DNA of 60,162 nucleotides, filler included, from 7 parts of 7 records of this genome joined end to end with filler, not necessarily neighbours in it, one strand, 5' to 3'. Counted from the first letter of the whole stretch, positions 43,590 through 54,464 are shown. The notes: a model not told the origin generated them from the sequence alone. Program-made: numbers and translations.

Positions 43590-43670
43590 CGAAGGCGATG
43601 ATGCCTAAGCGCTCATCACTTTCACCTCCCTGTTGGACTTCGGCCGAGCTTAGTGCTCGGCCTTTTTTTT
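43590..43670 (+). ncRNA. sorY: SorY-like (AbcR-type) sRNA
   Basis: 5' hairpin GAAGGCGATGA...TCATCACTTTC, core CACCTCCCTGTTGGACTT (identical to the SorX-like RNA), terminator GGCCGAGC-ttagt-GCTCGGCC-T8. Lies downstream of a lysR gene, as recalled for Rhodobacter SorY. Confidence 0.75.
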
Positions 43671-43778
43671 GGTCTACTTCCATGCGTTGAGACTAAAACT
43701 AGCCAAAATTTCTAGGAAATTTCCTCTAGGTTGAGTACAGTTACAGCGATGAATATTTGATTTTCGAGGACATTTTTT

Positions 43779-46046
43779 ATGTTTCACCTGACTCGGGTAC
43801 TGGCTGCACTTGTAGCAACGGTACTTTTATCCCTGCCTGTGCAGGCCCAACTCGCAGGCATCCCCACAGGAGGAGGCGACACCGCATCCTCTGCCGTAGT
43901 CATTCCAGAAGATCTGACGCCTGAAATGGTCGATGATATGGTCGCCCGGATGTCAGACGACCAGGTGCGGTCTCTCTTGTTGGATCGTCTTGATGCCGTT
44001 GCTCAGGCCCAACAGGCGCCGTCTAATGAAAAAAGCCTCGTAACCCAAATCCAAGACACCGGTATGGCCGTTCTTGTTGGTTGGGGCAGTGTCTTGAGCA
44101 AAGTTCCCGAACTTCTTTCTGGTCAAGGCTTGGTATTCGAAAGCTTTAGCAATCGCTTCGAATCCGGTGGCATGATCAAAATGTTCGGGTTTGTTCTTGC
44201 AGCCCTGCTCGCAGGTTTCGTGGCTGAGCGTTTGACCATGCTTGTCATCAGCCGCTGGCAACGTCCAGAAACCGGCGAAGAAGGCGAAAGCCTTTGGGCA
44301 ACAGTCACCTTTTTGTTCCGCCGATTCTGTCGTGAACTTCTTGGCCTTGTTGTGTTCTACGTCGTTCTGCGAACTGTTGGCCGACAAATCCTGTCACCAG
44401 AAGCCCTTTTGTTCGCCGGGCCGTTCGTCTTCTACCTGATCTGGATTCCGCGCCTTGGGGCTGCGATTTCCCGGTTTGTCCTCGCCCCTGCCCGCTCAGA
44501 CCTGCGCTTGGTCAATATTTCGGATCACTGGGCAAAATACCTGCACCGCAATCTTATTGGATTGTTCCTGTTGGGTGGTTTCACCTTGTTTATTGTTGGG
44601 TTCAACGTGGCCAACGGTTTGCCGATGGGTGAAACGCGCCTTGGGTTCTGGCTGAACACATTTGTGCATCTCTATGTCATCGTCATCGCATGGCGCGCGC
44701 GTGAAGGCCTGACTGATATGATGCTTGGAACGGACCCAGACCGCTCTGAGTTTGATGTTCGTGTCGCAAATATATACCCCTATATGGCCATTGGTGTATC
44801 CGTGGTCATGTGGCTGTTGGTCGAAATCATCGTCTATTCCGGTTCTCCGGAAACCTTGGCGTTGTTGGGCAAGGCGCCACATTACACCACCATGTTCTGG
44901 CTCTTGATGGCACCGGCTTTGGACACATTGATCCGCGGTATGGTGCGCCATCTGCTTCCCCCTATGATTGGCGAAGGCAGCATTGCTGAAAAAGCCTATC
45001 GCTCCACCAAACGCAGTTACATCCGGATCGGCCGGGTACTGGCTGGTATCTTTGTCATCCTGCAGGTTTCCGATGCTTGGAATCTGGATCTTCGCAATGT
45101 TGCCGCAGTTGGTGGTGGCACCGACTTCGGCGGCGCGATGATTGAATTCCTGATGATCGTGGCCGTCGGCTATATTATCAACGAACTGGTTGCTCTCTGG
45201 GTCAACCGTCGTCTTGCCAAAGAGCAAACTGCGGCTGCCGGCCCAGAAGATTCAGCCGGCGAAGGCGGCGGCGCAGGTGGATCTCGTCTTGCCACAGTTC
45301 TACCGCTGGTTCGCGTCTCTGCTCAGGTTGCGATTGCCACGATATTTGGCCTTTTGGCCCTCGGGGCCCTTGGCATCGACATCACACCGCTGCTGGCGGG
45401 TGCTGGTATCCTTGGCTTGGCGATTGGTTTTGGCGCACAAAAGCTGGTGACCGATATCGTTTCGGGCGTCTTCTTCCTGATCGACGATGCCTTCCGTGTC
45501 GGCGAATATGTTGACGTTGGTGGCACCACAGGGACCGTTGAAAAGATTTCGATCCGTTCAATGCAGCTGCGCCACCACCGAGGCCCTGTGCACACAATCC
45601 CCTACGGCGAGGTGCCAAAGCTCACCAACTACAGCCGTGACTGGGTCATTATGAAGCTCAAGTTTACCGTGCCGTTCGACACCGATCCCAACAAGGTCAA
45701 AAAGATCTTCAAACGGATTGGTGCGGATATGATGGCTGACCCCTTATTCAACGAGGGCTTCCTCGAGCCGTTCAAAAGCCAAGGTGTCTTTGACTTTGAT
45801 GATGTTGGCATGATCATCCGTGGTAAGTTCATGGCCAAACCCGGGACACAGTTCACGATCCGTAAAGAGATCTACAACCGCGTTAAGGCGAACTTCAAAG
45901 AAAACGGCATCGACTTTGCCCGTCGCGAGGTTCGTGTTGCGATCCCAGGTCTAGATGATGCTGAGAACCTAACCGAAGAACAGAAAGCAACAATTGGGGC
46001 CGCGGCAGGCGAAGCCGTCAACCAACAGATCAAACCCGAAGGCTAA
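43779..46046 (+). CDS. Large MscS-family mechanosensitive channel with extended N-terminal membrane domain
   Basis: Signal peptide, many TM helices, LLAGAGILGLAIGFGAQKLVTDIVSG, FRVGEYV, GTVEKISIRS. Confidence 0.9.
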   Translation: MFHLTRVLAALVATVLLSLPVQAQLAGIPTGGGDTASSAVVIPEDLTPEMVDDMVARMSDDQVRSLLLDRLDAVAQAQQAPSNEKSLVTQIQDTGMAVLVGWGSVLSKVPELLSGQGLVFESFSNRFESGGMIKMFGFVLAALLAGFVAERLTMLVISRWQRPETGEEGESLWATVTFLFRRFCRELLGLVVFYVVLRTVGRQILSPEALLFAGPFVFYLIWIPRLGAAISRFVLAPARSDLRLVNISDHWAKYLHRNLIGLFLLGGFTLFIVGFNVANGLPMGETRLGFWLNTFVHLYVIVIAWRAREGLTDMMLGTDPDRSEFDVRVANIYPYMAIGVSVVMWLLVEIIVYSGSPETLALLGKAPHYTTMFWLLMAPALDTLIRGMVRHLLPPMIGEGSIAEKAYRSTKRSYIRIGRVLAGIFVILQVSDAWNLDLRNVAAVGGGTDFGGAMIEFLMIVAVGYIINELVALWVNRRLAKEQTAAAGPEDSAGEGGGAGGSRLATVLPLVRVSAQVAIATIFGLLALGALGIDITPLLAGAGILGLAIGFGAQKLVTDIVSGVFFLIDDAFRVGEYVDVGGTTGTVEKISIRSMQLRHHRGPVHTIPYGEVPKLTNYSRDWVIMKLKFTVPFDTDPNKVKKIFKRIGADMMADPLFNEGFLEPFKSQGVFDFDDVGMIIRGKFMAKPGTQFTIRKEIYNRVKANFKENGIDFARREVRVAIPGLDDAENLTEEQKATIGAAAGEAVNQQIKPEG

Positions 46047-46078
46047 GCTTGCTTTTGCTAAGGTCTGAAAACCAACGA

Positions 46079-46104
46079 CCCGCCATCGTTGTCGCGATGG
46101 CGGG
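46079..46104. other. 10-bp perfect hairpin between mscS and omp85
   Basis: CCCGCCATCG-ttgtcg-CGATGGCGGG. No U-tract on the + strand. Confidence 0.5.
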
Positions 46105-46121
46105 AAACAACGAGTAAAAAA

Positions 46122-47258
46122 ATGTTTCCAAAGAACTTTTTCAATCTAGCCGCGCGATTTGCCAGCCTAGCTGGTTTGTTTACATTGATATCGGCTGAAC
46201 CGGGCATCGCTGGTCCGACTGTTACTGAAAATCACCTAGATCAGATCGACACCCTGCAAGACGAAGAAACCGTTGGATTTCGCAATGGGTCCGTTGTTGT
46301 GGCTCCGATCCCTTTTTCGAATCCTACAATCGGCTCAGGCCTGCTTCTTGGTGCAGGATATCTTTTCAATCTGGATGAAACCTCTAAACCTTCGATGATC
46401 GGGCTTGCTGCTTTGCGCTCGGACAACGGGACAACGGGTTACGGACTTGCCGCCAATTTTGCCTTTGACAACAATCGCTGGCTTATCGAGTCCCTGTTTG
46501 CAAAAGCAGATGCGCGGTATGATCTGTATACATCGGCTGGAAAACTGCCGGTTGGGCAAAAGGGAACGCTCGCCCGGCTCAGCCTCGCCTATGGTGTAAG
46601 CCGTGAAATGTCCTTTGGCGCATCTCTGCGGTATTTGGATACCCTCATCACCCCGTCCGTCAATGGGTTGCCCCCCATTCCCCCGCCACTCGATCAGTTT
46701 CTTAATACTGAAATCGCGACACTGGGTCTGTTTATGGATTTAGACAAACGCGATGACACACTTTACCCGACCAAGGGATCCAGCCTGCACATCGAAGTCG
46801 CCAACGGGTACTCGCTTTCTGGTATTACGGGCGACTACACCACCGGATACCTGACCTATTCCCATTTCCATTCCATTTCGAAACAAGGTGTTATTGCTGC
46901 GATTGTGTCTGCGTGTGGGGCCTCCTCTAGCACGCCCTTTTTTGATCAATGCGGTCTGGGAACGATTGACGGATTTCGCGGTTTCTCAGCCATGCAGTTC
47001 TTTGACACCCGATCAGCCGCGGCTCAAATCGAATACCGTCACCGTTTTAGCGACCGCTTTGGTGCCGTAGCCTTTGCCGGCGCCGGTCAAGTCGGACCAA
47101 CGCTTAGTCAGCTTTCGGCCAACGGAACCCACAGCGCGGCCGGGCTTGGCATCCGCTATCGTGTTTCAAAGAAATTCCCGGTTGATTTTTCAGTGGATTA
47201 CAGCCGTAACAACCTCAAAGAAGACCAAGTTTATGTCTATGTAGGTCAGCGTTTCTAA
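46122..47258 (+). CDS. Omp85/BamA-TamA superfamily barrel-only outer-membrane protein
   Basis: APIPFSNPTIG, DKRDDTLYPTKG, FRGF (loop 6 motif), GLGIRYR, C-terminal YVYVGQRF. ~378 aa leaves no room for POTRA domains. Confidence 0.8.
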   Translation: MFPKNFFNLAARFASLAGLFTLISAEPGIAGPTVTENHLDQIDTLQDEETVGFRNGSVVVAPIPFSNPTIGSGLLLGAGYLFNLDETSKPSMIGLAALRSDNGTTGYGLAANFAFDNNRWLIESLFAKADARYDLYTSAGKLPVGQKGTLARLSLAYGVSREMSFGASLRYLDTLITPSVNGLPPIPPPLDQFLNTEIATLGLFMDLDKRDDTLYPTKGSSLHIEVANGYSLSGITGDYTTGYLTYSHFHSISKQGVIAAIVSACGASSSTPFFDQCGLGTIDGFRGFSAMQFFDTRSAAAQIEYRHRFSDRFGAVAFAGAGQVGPTLSQLSANGTHSAAGLGIRYRVSKKFPVDFSVDYSRNNLKEDQVYVYVGQRF

Positions 47259-47355
47259 CGCTGACAGACCTGTTGCGCGCTCTTGACCCTTTCCACGGCG
47301 CATTCCATGCCCTAAAAGGCGCGAAATATCGCACACCTTGGGGACAGGATATCCG

Positions 47356-47508
47356 ATGCAAGAGCCAGCCATCACGCCCGAACTGATTGCCAATCACGGG
47401 CTCAAGCCCGACGAATACGAAATGGTCCTCGAAATCATCGGTCGCGAACCTACGTTCACCGAGCTGGGTATCTTTTCAGCCATGTGGAACGAGCATTGTT
47501 CCTACAAG
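47356..47508 (+). CDS. purL: Phosphoribosylformylglycinamidine synthase subunit PurL, 5' fragment
   Basis: HGLKPDEY...[23 protein letters not shown]. Confidence 0.95.
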
Positions 47509-47608
47509 NNNNNNNNNNNNNNNNNNNNNNNNNNNNNNNNNNNNNNNNNNNNTTAATTAATTAANNNNNNNNNNNNNNNNNNNNNNNNNNNNNNNNNNNN
47601 NNNNNNNN
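47509..47608. other. Artificial contig linker
   Basis: N44-TTAATTAATTAA-N44. Confidence 0.98.
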
Positions 47609-47994
47609 ATAACCAGCGCCGAGGCAGGTGATCAGCGGCGCTGGTTGAGGTGTTAAGGGGCGACTTTTGCCGGTGTGATGGGCTCGCTGCAACAACGCAC
47701 GCGGCCGGAGACAAAGCCGATCAGTTTTTTTGTTGAGGCACAGGGTGCGGACACAGGTGTATTTCTTCTTATTCTGATTTGGGTGGTTGCCACGCCGGGC
47801 TGGCATTGAAACCATGTGCTACAGCGGCTCAAAAGAGTTTTGGGTCGCATATGAACCATAAACAGGACTGTTGCGGAACCCGCTATTGTAGTCTTTCATA
47901 TTGAAGGGGTTCGGAAAAAAACTAGGCTGGAGAATGCCTACCAATAGCCGAAAGTAGCCGATACTTGAATAATTGTTCTTATTAGGAGAACCCA

Positions 47995-50955
47995 ATGGTA
48001 GATTATGTATTTTCTGATACCGACGATATCATTGATGCCACCGGCCCACAGTTTACATGGGGTGATCACATTTTTGCCGGACTGGGCGATGATCATGTAA
48101 CACTTGGGAAGGGCGTTACCTTCGTCAATGTGCCCGGAAACGATACGGTCGTTGGCAGCGATAACATGGGATCTTACGGAGCTTGGTCTAACTCAAACCA
48201 GATTAATGTCAATCTTCAACAAGGGTGGGCAGATGATGGGTTTGGCGGGCGCGACATACTTCAAGGAATTTCGACTATACATATGACCAGTTTGGGCGGG
48301 GCCGTAATTGGTAGCGACCAGAACGAATATATTTTTGCATTTGGTGGCAACGCTACATATCAGCTGGGTGGTGGAACAGACACAGTCGAATTTCATGGGC
48401 GAAAGTTTAGCGACTTTACAGTGCTACATCATGCTGATGAAACGGTGGTTTTTAACTCTGAGGGCGCTTCGGTATTGCATGAGGTAGAGAACCTCGTTTT
48501 TGACGATGTGACTTTGAATCTCCCCTATGAATCTGCCAGTATCAGGGCTGACACGAGCGATGTTCTCCATAGCTTTGTTGAAACGGAGATGACTGAGGGT
48601 TGGTGGTACTCCGGGCAGTATAGCGAACCGCAGATTGTTGGGTATTCACCTCTTCCTGGCATTTCTTTTGACATTAATGCCGACGGATATATGGATGTCA
48701 TTTTTTCTATCGGCCGCGGCTATGCAACGGGTGTAGACACTCGAATGGAATTTCAAGTTTTTGTGGGTGGTCAGGAGGGGTTGCAATATGATGCTGGTTT
48801 GACTGCCGAAATGCCTTTTGTTGGCCCTGCCCGCAGGATTGAAGAGCTAAAAATAGCAACAACTGGTCAAACTGCTTTGGTGTCTATCGGTCACCAAAGC
48901 ACCAGGGAAGGCGAAACTAGCTATGATATTCCGTGGCGCCTAGGTGATTTATCAATTATCCTGCCAGAGCCTGATTTTGACATCGCACCAGATATCCTTT
49001 CCGAAGCAGGGCTGAATTACACCGACCTTGCCGGACGCACCACTGCGGTGAATGCACATTCAATGGCCGTCGGTGATTTCGACGGTGATGGGGTGGATGA
49101 CGTCCTTATTGGCGATTATACGGGCCCGTTTGTTTTGCGCCAGACACTGGAAGGACCTTGGGAGGTTGTGAGAAATACGTTCCTTGATGGATTGTTTACC
49201 GGCCGATTTGATCCAAACGACAATGATCTCTCCGAAGGGTTTCTATTAGACTTGCATATGTCTGATTTTAACGGGGATGGATTGGATGACATTGTCGCGG
49301 GTTGGGGCCCCGATCGCGCCAGTTCGAGGATCTTTTTCAATGATGGCAGTGGCAGTTTTTCAGAGGCAAATATGGCGGTTCTTCCGGCTTCAATCTACGG
49401 TGACATATCGATGCATATGCGGACATATTCAGAAGATTTTGATGAGGACGGCGATCTAGATCTTGTCATCCTACAGTCGCGGGATCAGCCAGCCAACAGC
49501 GGCAACTATCTTCAATATCTTGAAAATGATGGATTGGGCCAATTCATCGACAAGACGGACACAAGGATGGGAGATGCCTTTCCTGATGAAGTGCGCTTTA
49601 CCGATTTCCTTGACTGGACGGACCATTGGGAGGTGGCAGACCTGAACAACGACGGGGCGCTAGATTTCATAGGTCGGGATTTGGATGCCACCAATCATGT
49701 GACAATGCTGATCAATGATGGTGCGGCCTTTTTCACCCGATATGACCTAGCTATCGATGTAGCGACCCTTTCAATGCCATTGGCCGTGAGTGATTTCGAT
49801 GGCGATGGCCTGCTGGAATTCATGTCGATGAGTGGCTACGGCAATGGCGAAGGAACTGCTGACACCACTGAGTTCTATGTGCACGAGATTTCAACGGATG
49901 ACTTTACGGCGCAGTCCCTAGCCGACCTGAACGAAAACACGGTCACCGAACATAGTGCACAAATTGGTGACACAGCTGATAACAATATCGACGGCGGTGT
50001 TTTGGATGATTTGATCATTGCGTTGGATGGTCATGATTCCGTCTCAGGCGGAAACGGGGATGATCAGATTTTCGGTGGGAACGGCCAAGACACGGTTGTT
50101 GGCAGTGATGGCGATGATGCGCTTGATGGTGGCGACGGGATTGACCGAGCGGTCTTTGACGGCCCGCAAGCGGTATATACATTGACGCTGAGCGCGTCTG
50201 GCACCGGCCGCCTCTCCGACCGACGCGAGGATGGCAGTGGAACTGATAGCTTATCAAACCTAGAATTCTTGGATTTTGATGACACCGTTGGAGCTGGAGC
50301 AGAGGGATTCCAACTTTTCAAGCAGGAGGGCATCACGGGGCTAAACGGAGAAGACCTGGAAAGTTTCGTTGAGCTCTACATCGCCTACTTCAACCGAGCA
50401 CCGGACGCAGTCGGCTTGGGCTTTTGGGGAACAGCATTCGCCGAAGGTCTAAGCTTAGAGGAGATCGCAGGATTGTTTATCAATCAGCCAGAAACCCGCG
50501 CTACATATCCTGACACTCTTAGTAACGAAGATTTTGCCACTGCTGTTTACAACAATGTGCTGGGTCGAATACCGGACCAGGCGGGATTTGATTTCTGGGT
50601 TGGCGCGTTGAACTCTGGCGGCGTCGGAAAGGATCAGTTCATCCTCTCCGTCTTGGGCGGAGCCAAGGCCGACCCTCAGCCTGGTGCCACCCAAGACTTC
50701 ATCGTTCAACAATTGGTGGATCGTCAGTATTTGACTGACAAGACCGACATCGGCGCGTATTTCTCAGTGCATAAGGGCATGTCCGACGTGATCGATGCTT
50801 CTGCCGCTATGGCGTTATTTGACGGCTCTGCTGCAAGCATCGCCGCAGCCGTTAACGCGATAGACGGGTTTTACGCTGATGCGTTAGATCCTGCGAACGG
50901 TGAGTTCCTGTTGCAACTGGTCGGCGTGCTAGATGATCCATTCGCGATGGGATGA
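47995..50955 (+). CDS. Secreted protein with FG-GAP/VCBS repeats, RTX Ca-binding repeats and C-terminal DUF4214 domain
   Basis: AGGAG RBS. Six D-x-[ND]-x-DG-xx-[DE] repeats, GGxGxD nonapeptides, ELYIAYFNRAPDAVGLGFW and VYNNVLGRIPDQAGFDFW. No Sec signal. Confidence 0.85.
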   Translation: MVDYVFSDTDDIIDATGPQFTWGDHIFAGLGDDHVTLGKGVTFVNVPGNDTVVGSDNMGSYGAWSNSNQINVNLQQGWADDGFGGRDILQGISTIHMTSLGGAVIGSDQNEYIFAFGGNATYQLGGGTDTVEFHGRKFSDFTVLHHADETVVFNSEGASVLHEVENLVFDDVTLNLPYESASIRADTSDVLHSFVETEMTEGWWYSGQYSEPQIVGYSPLPGISFDINADGYMDVIFSIGRGYATGVDTRMEFQVFVGGQEGLQYDAGLTAEMPFVGPARRIEELKIATTGQTALVSIGHQSTREGETSYDIPWRLGDLSIILPEPDFDIAPDILSEAGLNYTDLAGRTTAVNAHSMAVGDFDGDGVDDVLIGDYTGPFVLRQTLEGPWEVVRNTFLDGLFTGRFDPNDNDLSEGFLLDLHMSDFNGDGLDDIVAGWGPDRASSRIFFNDGSGSFSEANMAVLPASIYGDISMHMRTYSEDFDEDGDLDLVILQSRDQPANSGNYLQYLENDGLGQFIDKTDTRMGDAFPDEVRFTDFLDWTDHWEVADLNNDGALDFIGRDLDATNHVTMLINDGAAFFTRYDLAIDVATLSMPLAVSDFDGDGLLEFMSMSGYGNGEGTADTTEFYVHEISTDDFTAQSLADLNENTVTEHSAQIGDTADNNIDGGVLDDLIIALDGHDSVSGGNGDDQIFGGNGQDTVVGSDGDDALDGGDGIDRAVFDGPQAVYTLTLSASGTGRLSDRREDGSGTDSLSNLEFLDFDDTVGAGAEGFQLFKQEGITGLNGEDLESFVELYIAYFNRAPDAVGLGFWGTAFAEGLSLEEIAGLFINQPETRATYPDTLSNEDFATAVYNNVLGRIPDQAGFDFWVGALNSGGVGKDQFILSVLGGAKADPQPGATQDFIVQQLVDRQYLTDKTDIGAYFSVHKGMSDVIDASAAMALFDGSAASIAAAVNAIDGFYADALDPANGEFLLQLVGVLDDPFAMG

Positions 50956-51245
50956 TGTTCAAGGGACGAAATCTGTCGTTCTGAGCCGATTAGCATGCGG
51001 CTCAAAATGGGGCGCAATTTCAGGAAATTAAGTCAGATTTATTCACCTGAATCCTACTGAACCAGATGCGATTTATATCGCTGAAGCTACTTCCAAGATT
51101 TCTCTTTGGTGAGCGAGCGTAGCCCATATGGGTGATGACGCCAGCCCGCTTCAGCATTCTAATGGTAGCTACTGAAGATCAGCATTTCCAATTAATGGCT
51201 ATGGCTGCTGTAGAATTTTTTCCCATTAACTGACTGGATTTCAAA

Positions 51246-54200
51246 ATGGCAACCATCAATGGCACTCCGCAAGATGATCAAGACAGCACAGCGCTGAATG
51301 GCACTGTCGATGCAGACGAGTATTTTGGTCTTGCGGGTAACGACGTTCTGATCAGCTCGGCAGGGGCTGACACAATTGATGGAGGCGCGGGTCAAGACAC
51401 GGTTTCCTATTCAGATGATCCTTCTGGGGTTTCAGCGGATCTAAGTACTGGGATTGTGATTGACGGATTTGGTGATACCGACATTTTGATCGGTATTGAG
51501 CGCCTGTTCGGAACGGATGCCCACAATGATACGTTAACAGGAGGAGGCTTCGACGGCCTACTTCTAGACGGGAGGGGCGGTGATGACGTCATTTCAGCGA
51601 ACAATCCTGGCCTTTTTTCAAGCCTTCTCGGCGGGACTGGTAACGACACACTTACAAATCTGGCAGGCTTGGCATTTATCGAAGCGGGTGCGGGGCAAGA
51701 TACAATAATCGGTTCCGCAAGCTCAGATGACTATTCAATCATAAGTTATTATTTTGCAGCTGATGTTACTGAACCCACCCCAACAAATGGGATAGCTGTC
51801 ACATTTACAGGTGAGCAGGATGGAACTGTTGTCGATTTTGCCGGGGATACCGATACCTTCAGCAATATCGACGCAGCCCGAGGTACCGCACTTGCCGATA
51901 CTTTTGTCGGAACAACTGGTCGGCAAGAGTTCACAGGTCATCAAGGCAATGATTCATTCGATGGTGGCGAAGGCTCTGACCGTGTTGACTACCTTCGATC
52001 CAACTACATTGGCGCTGCTCAAGGTGTGTCGGTTGACTTGTTGGCTGGCTCTGCAACGGATTCATTTGGGGATACCGATACTCTCGTTCGTATCGAGGAC
52101 CTTCGGGGGACCGATTTTGCGGATTCCTTAGCGGGAGATGACGAAGACAATAACTTCGAAGGGGAGGGTGGCAACGATACTCTTTCAGGGGCCGGAGGTA
52201 ACGACGAGCTATTCGGTGAAGGTGGCGATGACCTGATCAACGGCGACGCTGGGAATGACTTTGTTGAAGGCGGTGACGGGGACGATACAATCGATGGCGG
52301 CGCTGACGATGATAATCTGAGGGGCGGTGACGGGAATGACAGTATTCTTGGTGGCGACGGCCGCGATGATCTCACTGGTGGGGCAGGGGACGACACATTA
52401 GATGGTGGGTCTGGCAGCCGCGATGAAGCACGTTATGTCAATGCTACGTCAGGCGTTGTTGCCAATCTCAGCACTGGTACTGCAAGTGATGGCGAGGGCG
52501 GTTCAGACGTCCTGCTTAATATCGAAGAAGTGCGCGGCGGTAATTTCAACGATACGCTTACTGGAGCACAGGGTCTCGACACCTATCTGAGAGGGCAAGG
52601 TGGTGATGATGTTATTGTTGGTGTTAACACGGACGGTGATTTCAATACCGATTTTGACGGTGGCAGCGGCAATGACACTTTAACAAGCGCTGGCGGCAGT
52701 GCATTTTTCCAGCCCGGAACAGGCGACGATTCTGTAACCGGGTCTGCGAATGGCTTTGATGTGCTGACCTATTTTTTTAGCGCCGGCTACGCGTCACCTG
52801 CCGCAACAGCAGGCGTGACAATCAATTTCACCGCTGAGGGCGCCGGTACGGCCATAGATCATGAGGGCGGCACCGACACCTTCTCGGAAATTGATCGGGT
52901 AGAAGGAACCATGCTAGCGGATGTGATGACTGGAGCCGCTGGGTTTCAAGATTTCCGTGGATTTGGTGGCAATGACACCATTGATGGCGGCGCCGATACC
53001 GATCGCATCGATTATTCCGCTGGGCGAGGTGATTTTGGTGGAACGTCTGGAGGCGTGACCGTAAACCTCGCGACTGGAACGGCAACAGATGCCTATGGCG
53101 ACACTGACACACTCATCAGTATTGAGAACGTCCGTGGCACCAATGACGCTGATATGATTACCGGAGACGCCGTCGGCCAGCGCCTTGAGGGGCGCGGTGG
53201 CGATGACACCATCGATGGCGGAGCAGGTGATGACGATCTGCGCGGTGAGGATGGAAATGATTCAATTCTCGGAGGAGATGGCAGCGACCAACTACGCGGT
53301 GGCAACGGTAATGACACGTTGGACGGCGGAGCGGGTGACAATGATGAGGTATATTACCGCGACGCAATCAGTGGTGTTGCAGTTGATTTGAGTGCTGGGA
53401 CCGCAAGCGATGGATCAGGTGACACTGATACCATTCTCAACATTGAGAATGTTGAAGGCAGTGAATTCTCCGACGTTATTGTCGGCGCCTTTGGTGTTTA
53501 CAACTCTTTTGATGGCCGCGGCGGGGACGATAGCATTACAGGTGCTGATGACGCAGAATCAATCGAGATCTTCGGACGAGATGGCAATGACACGCTTATT
53601 GGTGGGACCGGTGGGGCCTATTTTGAGGCTGGCACAGGCAACGACCAGATTATTGGCGGCACCGCCGCTGAGGGCTTCTATTTGCTTAGTTATTTCTGGG
53701 ATACGGAAAGCGAAAATTCGTCAAACGGCATCAGCGTCACCTATTCGTCTGAACGGGCCGGAACAGTGACGGATCATGCTGGCGGCATCGATACGTTCAC
53801 TGGCATTGACCGTATTGAAGGCACAATGAACTCTGACAGCTTTGTTGGAACAGACGGATTTCAGGACTTTAGGGTTCAGGGCGGTAGCGATACGATTGAT
53901 GGTGGCGCGGACGACGACCGCATTGATTACTCGCGAGTACGAGATGAATTTGGTCCCGTAAGCGGGGTCACCGTGGATTTGGCGGCGGGTACGGCCATTG
54001 ACGCGTATGGCGACACCGACACGTTGATTAGCATCGAACGCATTCGGGGCACAGATTTTGCCGACCAAATAAGTGGTAGCGCAGCATCAGAACGGTTTGA
54101 GGGACGTGACGGTGATGATGTTCTGACTGGGCTTGGCGGGGATGACCGGCTTGAAGGCCAAGAGGGCGCTGACACATTGGATGGCGGAGCTGGCAATGAC

Positions 54201-54364
54201 ACGCTTACCGGCGGTGCAGGCGCAGACGTATTTGTCATTGGTGCCGGCAATGAACAAATTCTCATCACTGATTTTGAATTGGGTGTGGATACACTTGATT
54301 TGACGGCCTTTAGCCGCAGCGCGGCACTGAGTGCACTTGCGTCCGCAGCCGAAGGCAGCGCGGT
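51246..54364 (+). CDS. Large RTX (hemolysin-type Ca-binding) repeat protein, 3' end cut
   Basis: Dozens of GGxGxDx(L/I/F)x repeats alternating with GVxVDLxxGTAxDxxGDTDTLxxIE modules. Very acidic, no Sec signal. Confidence 0.9.
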
Positions 54365-54464
54365 NNNNNNNNNNNNNNNNNNNNNNNNNNNNNNNNNNNN
54401 NNNNNNNNTTAATTAATTAANNNNNNNNNNNNNNNNNNNNNNNNNNNNNNNNNNNNNNNNNNNN
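54365..54464. other. Artificial contig linker
   Basis: N44-TTAATTAATTAA-N44. Confidence 0.98.

Noticed and set aside
47609-47990. Possible IS remnant at the start of contig 6
   Set aside because: No transposase-like translation or paired terminal inverted repeats could be identified.
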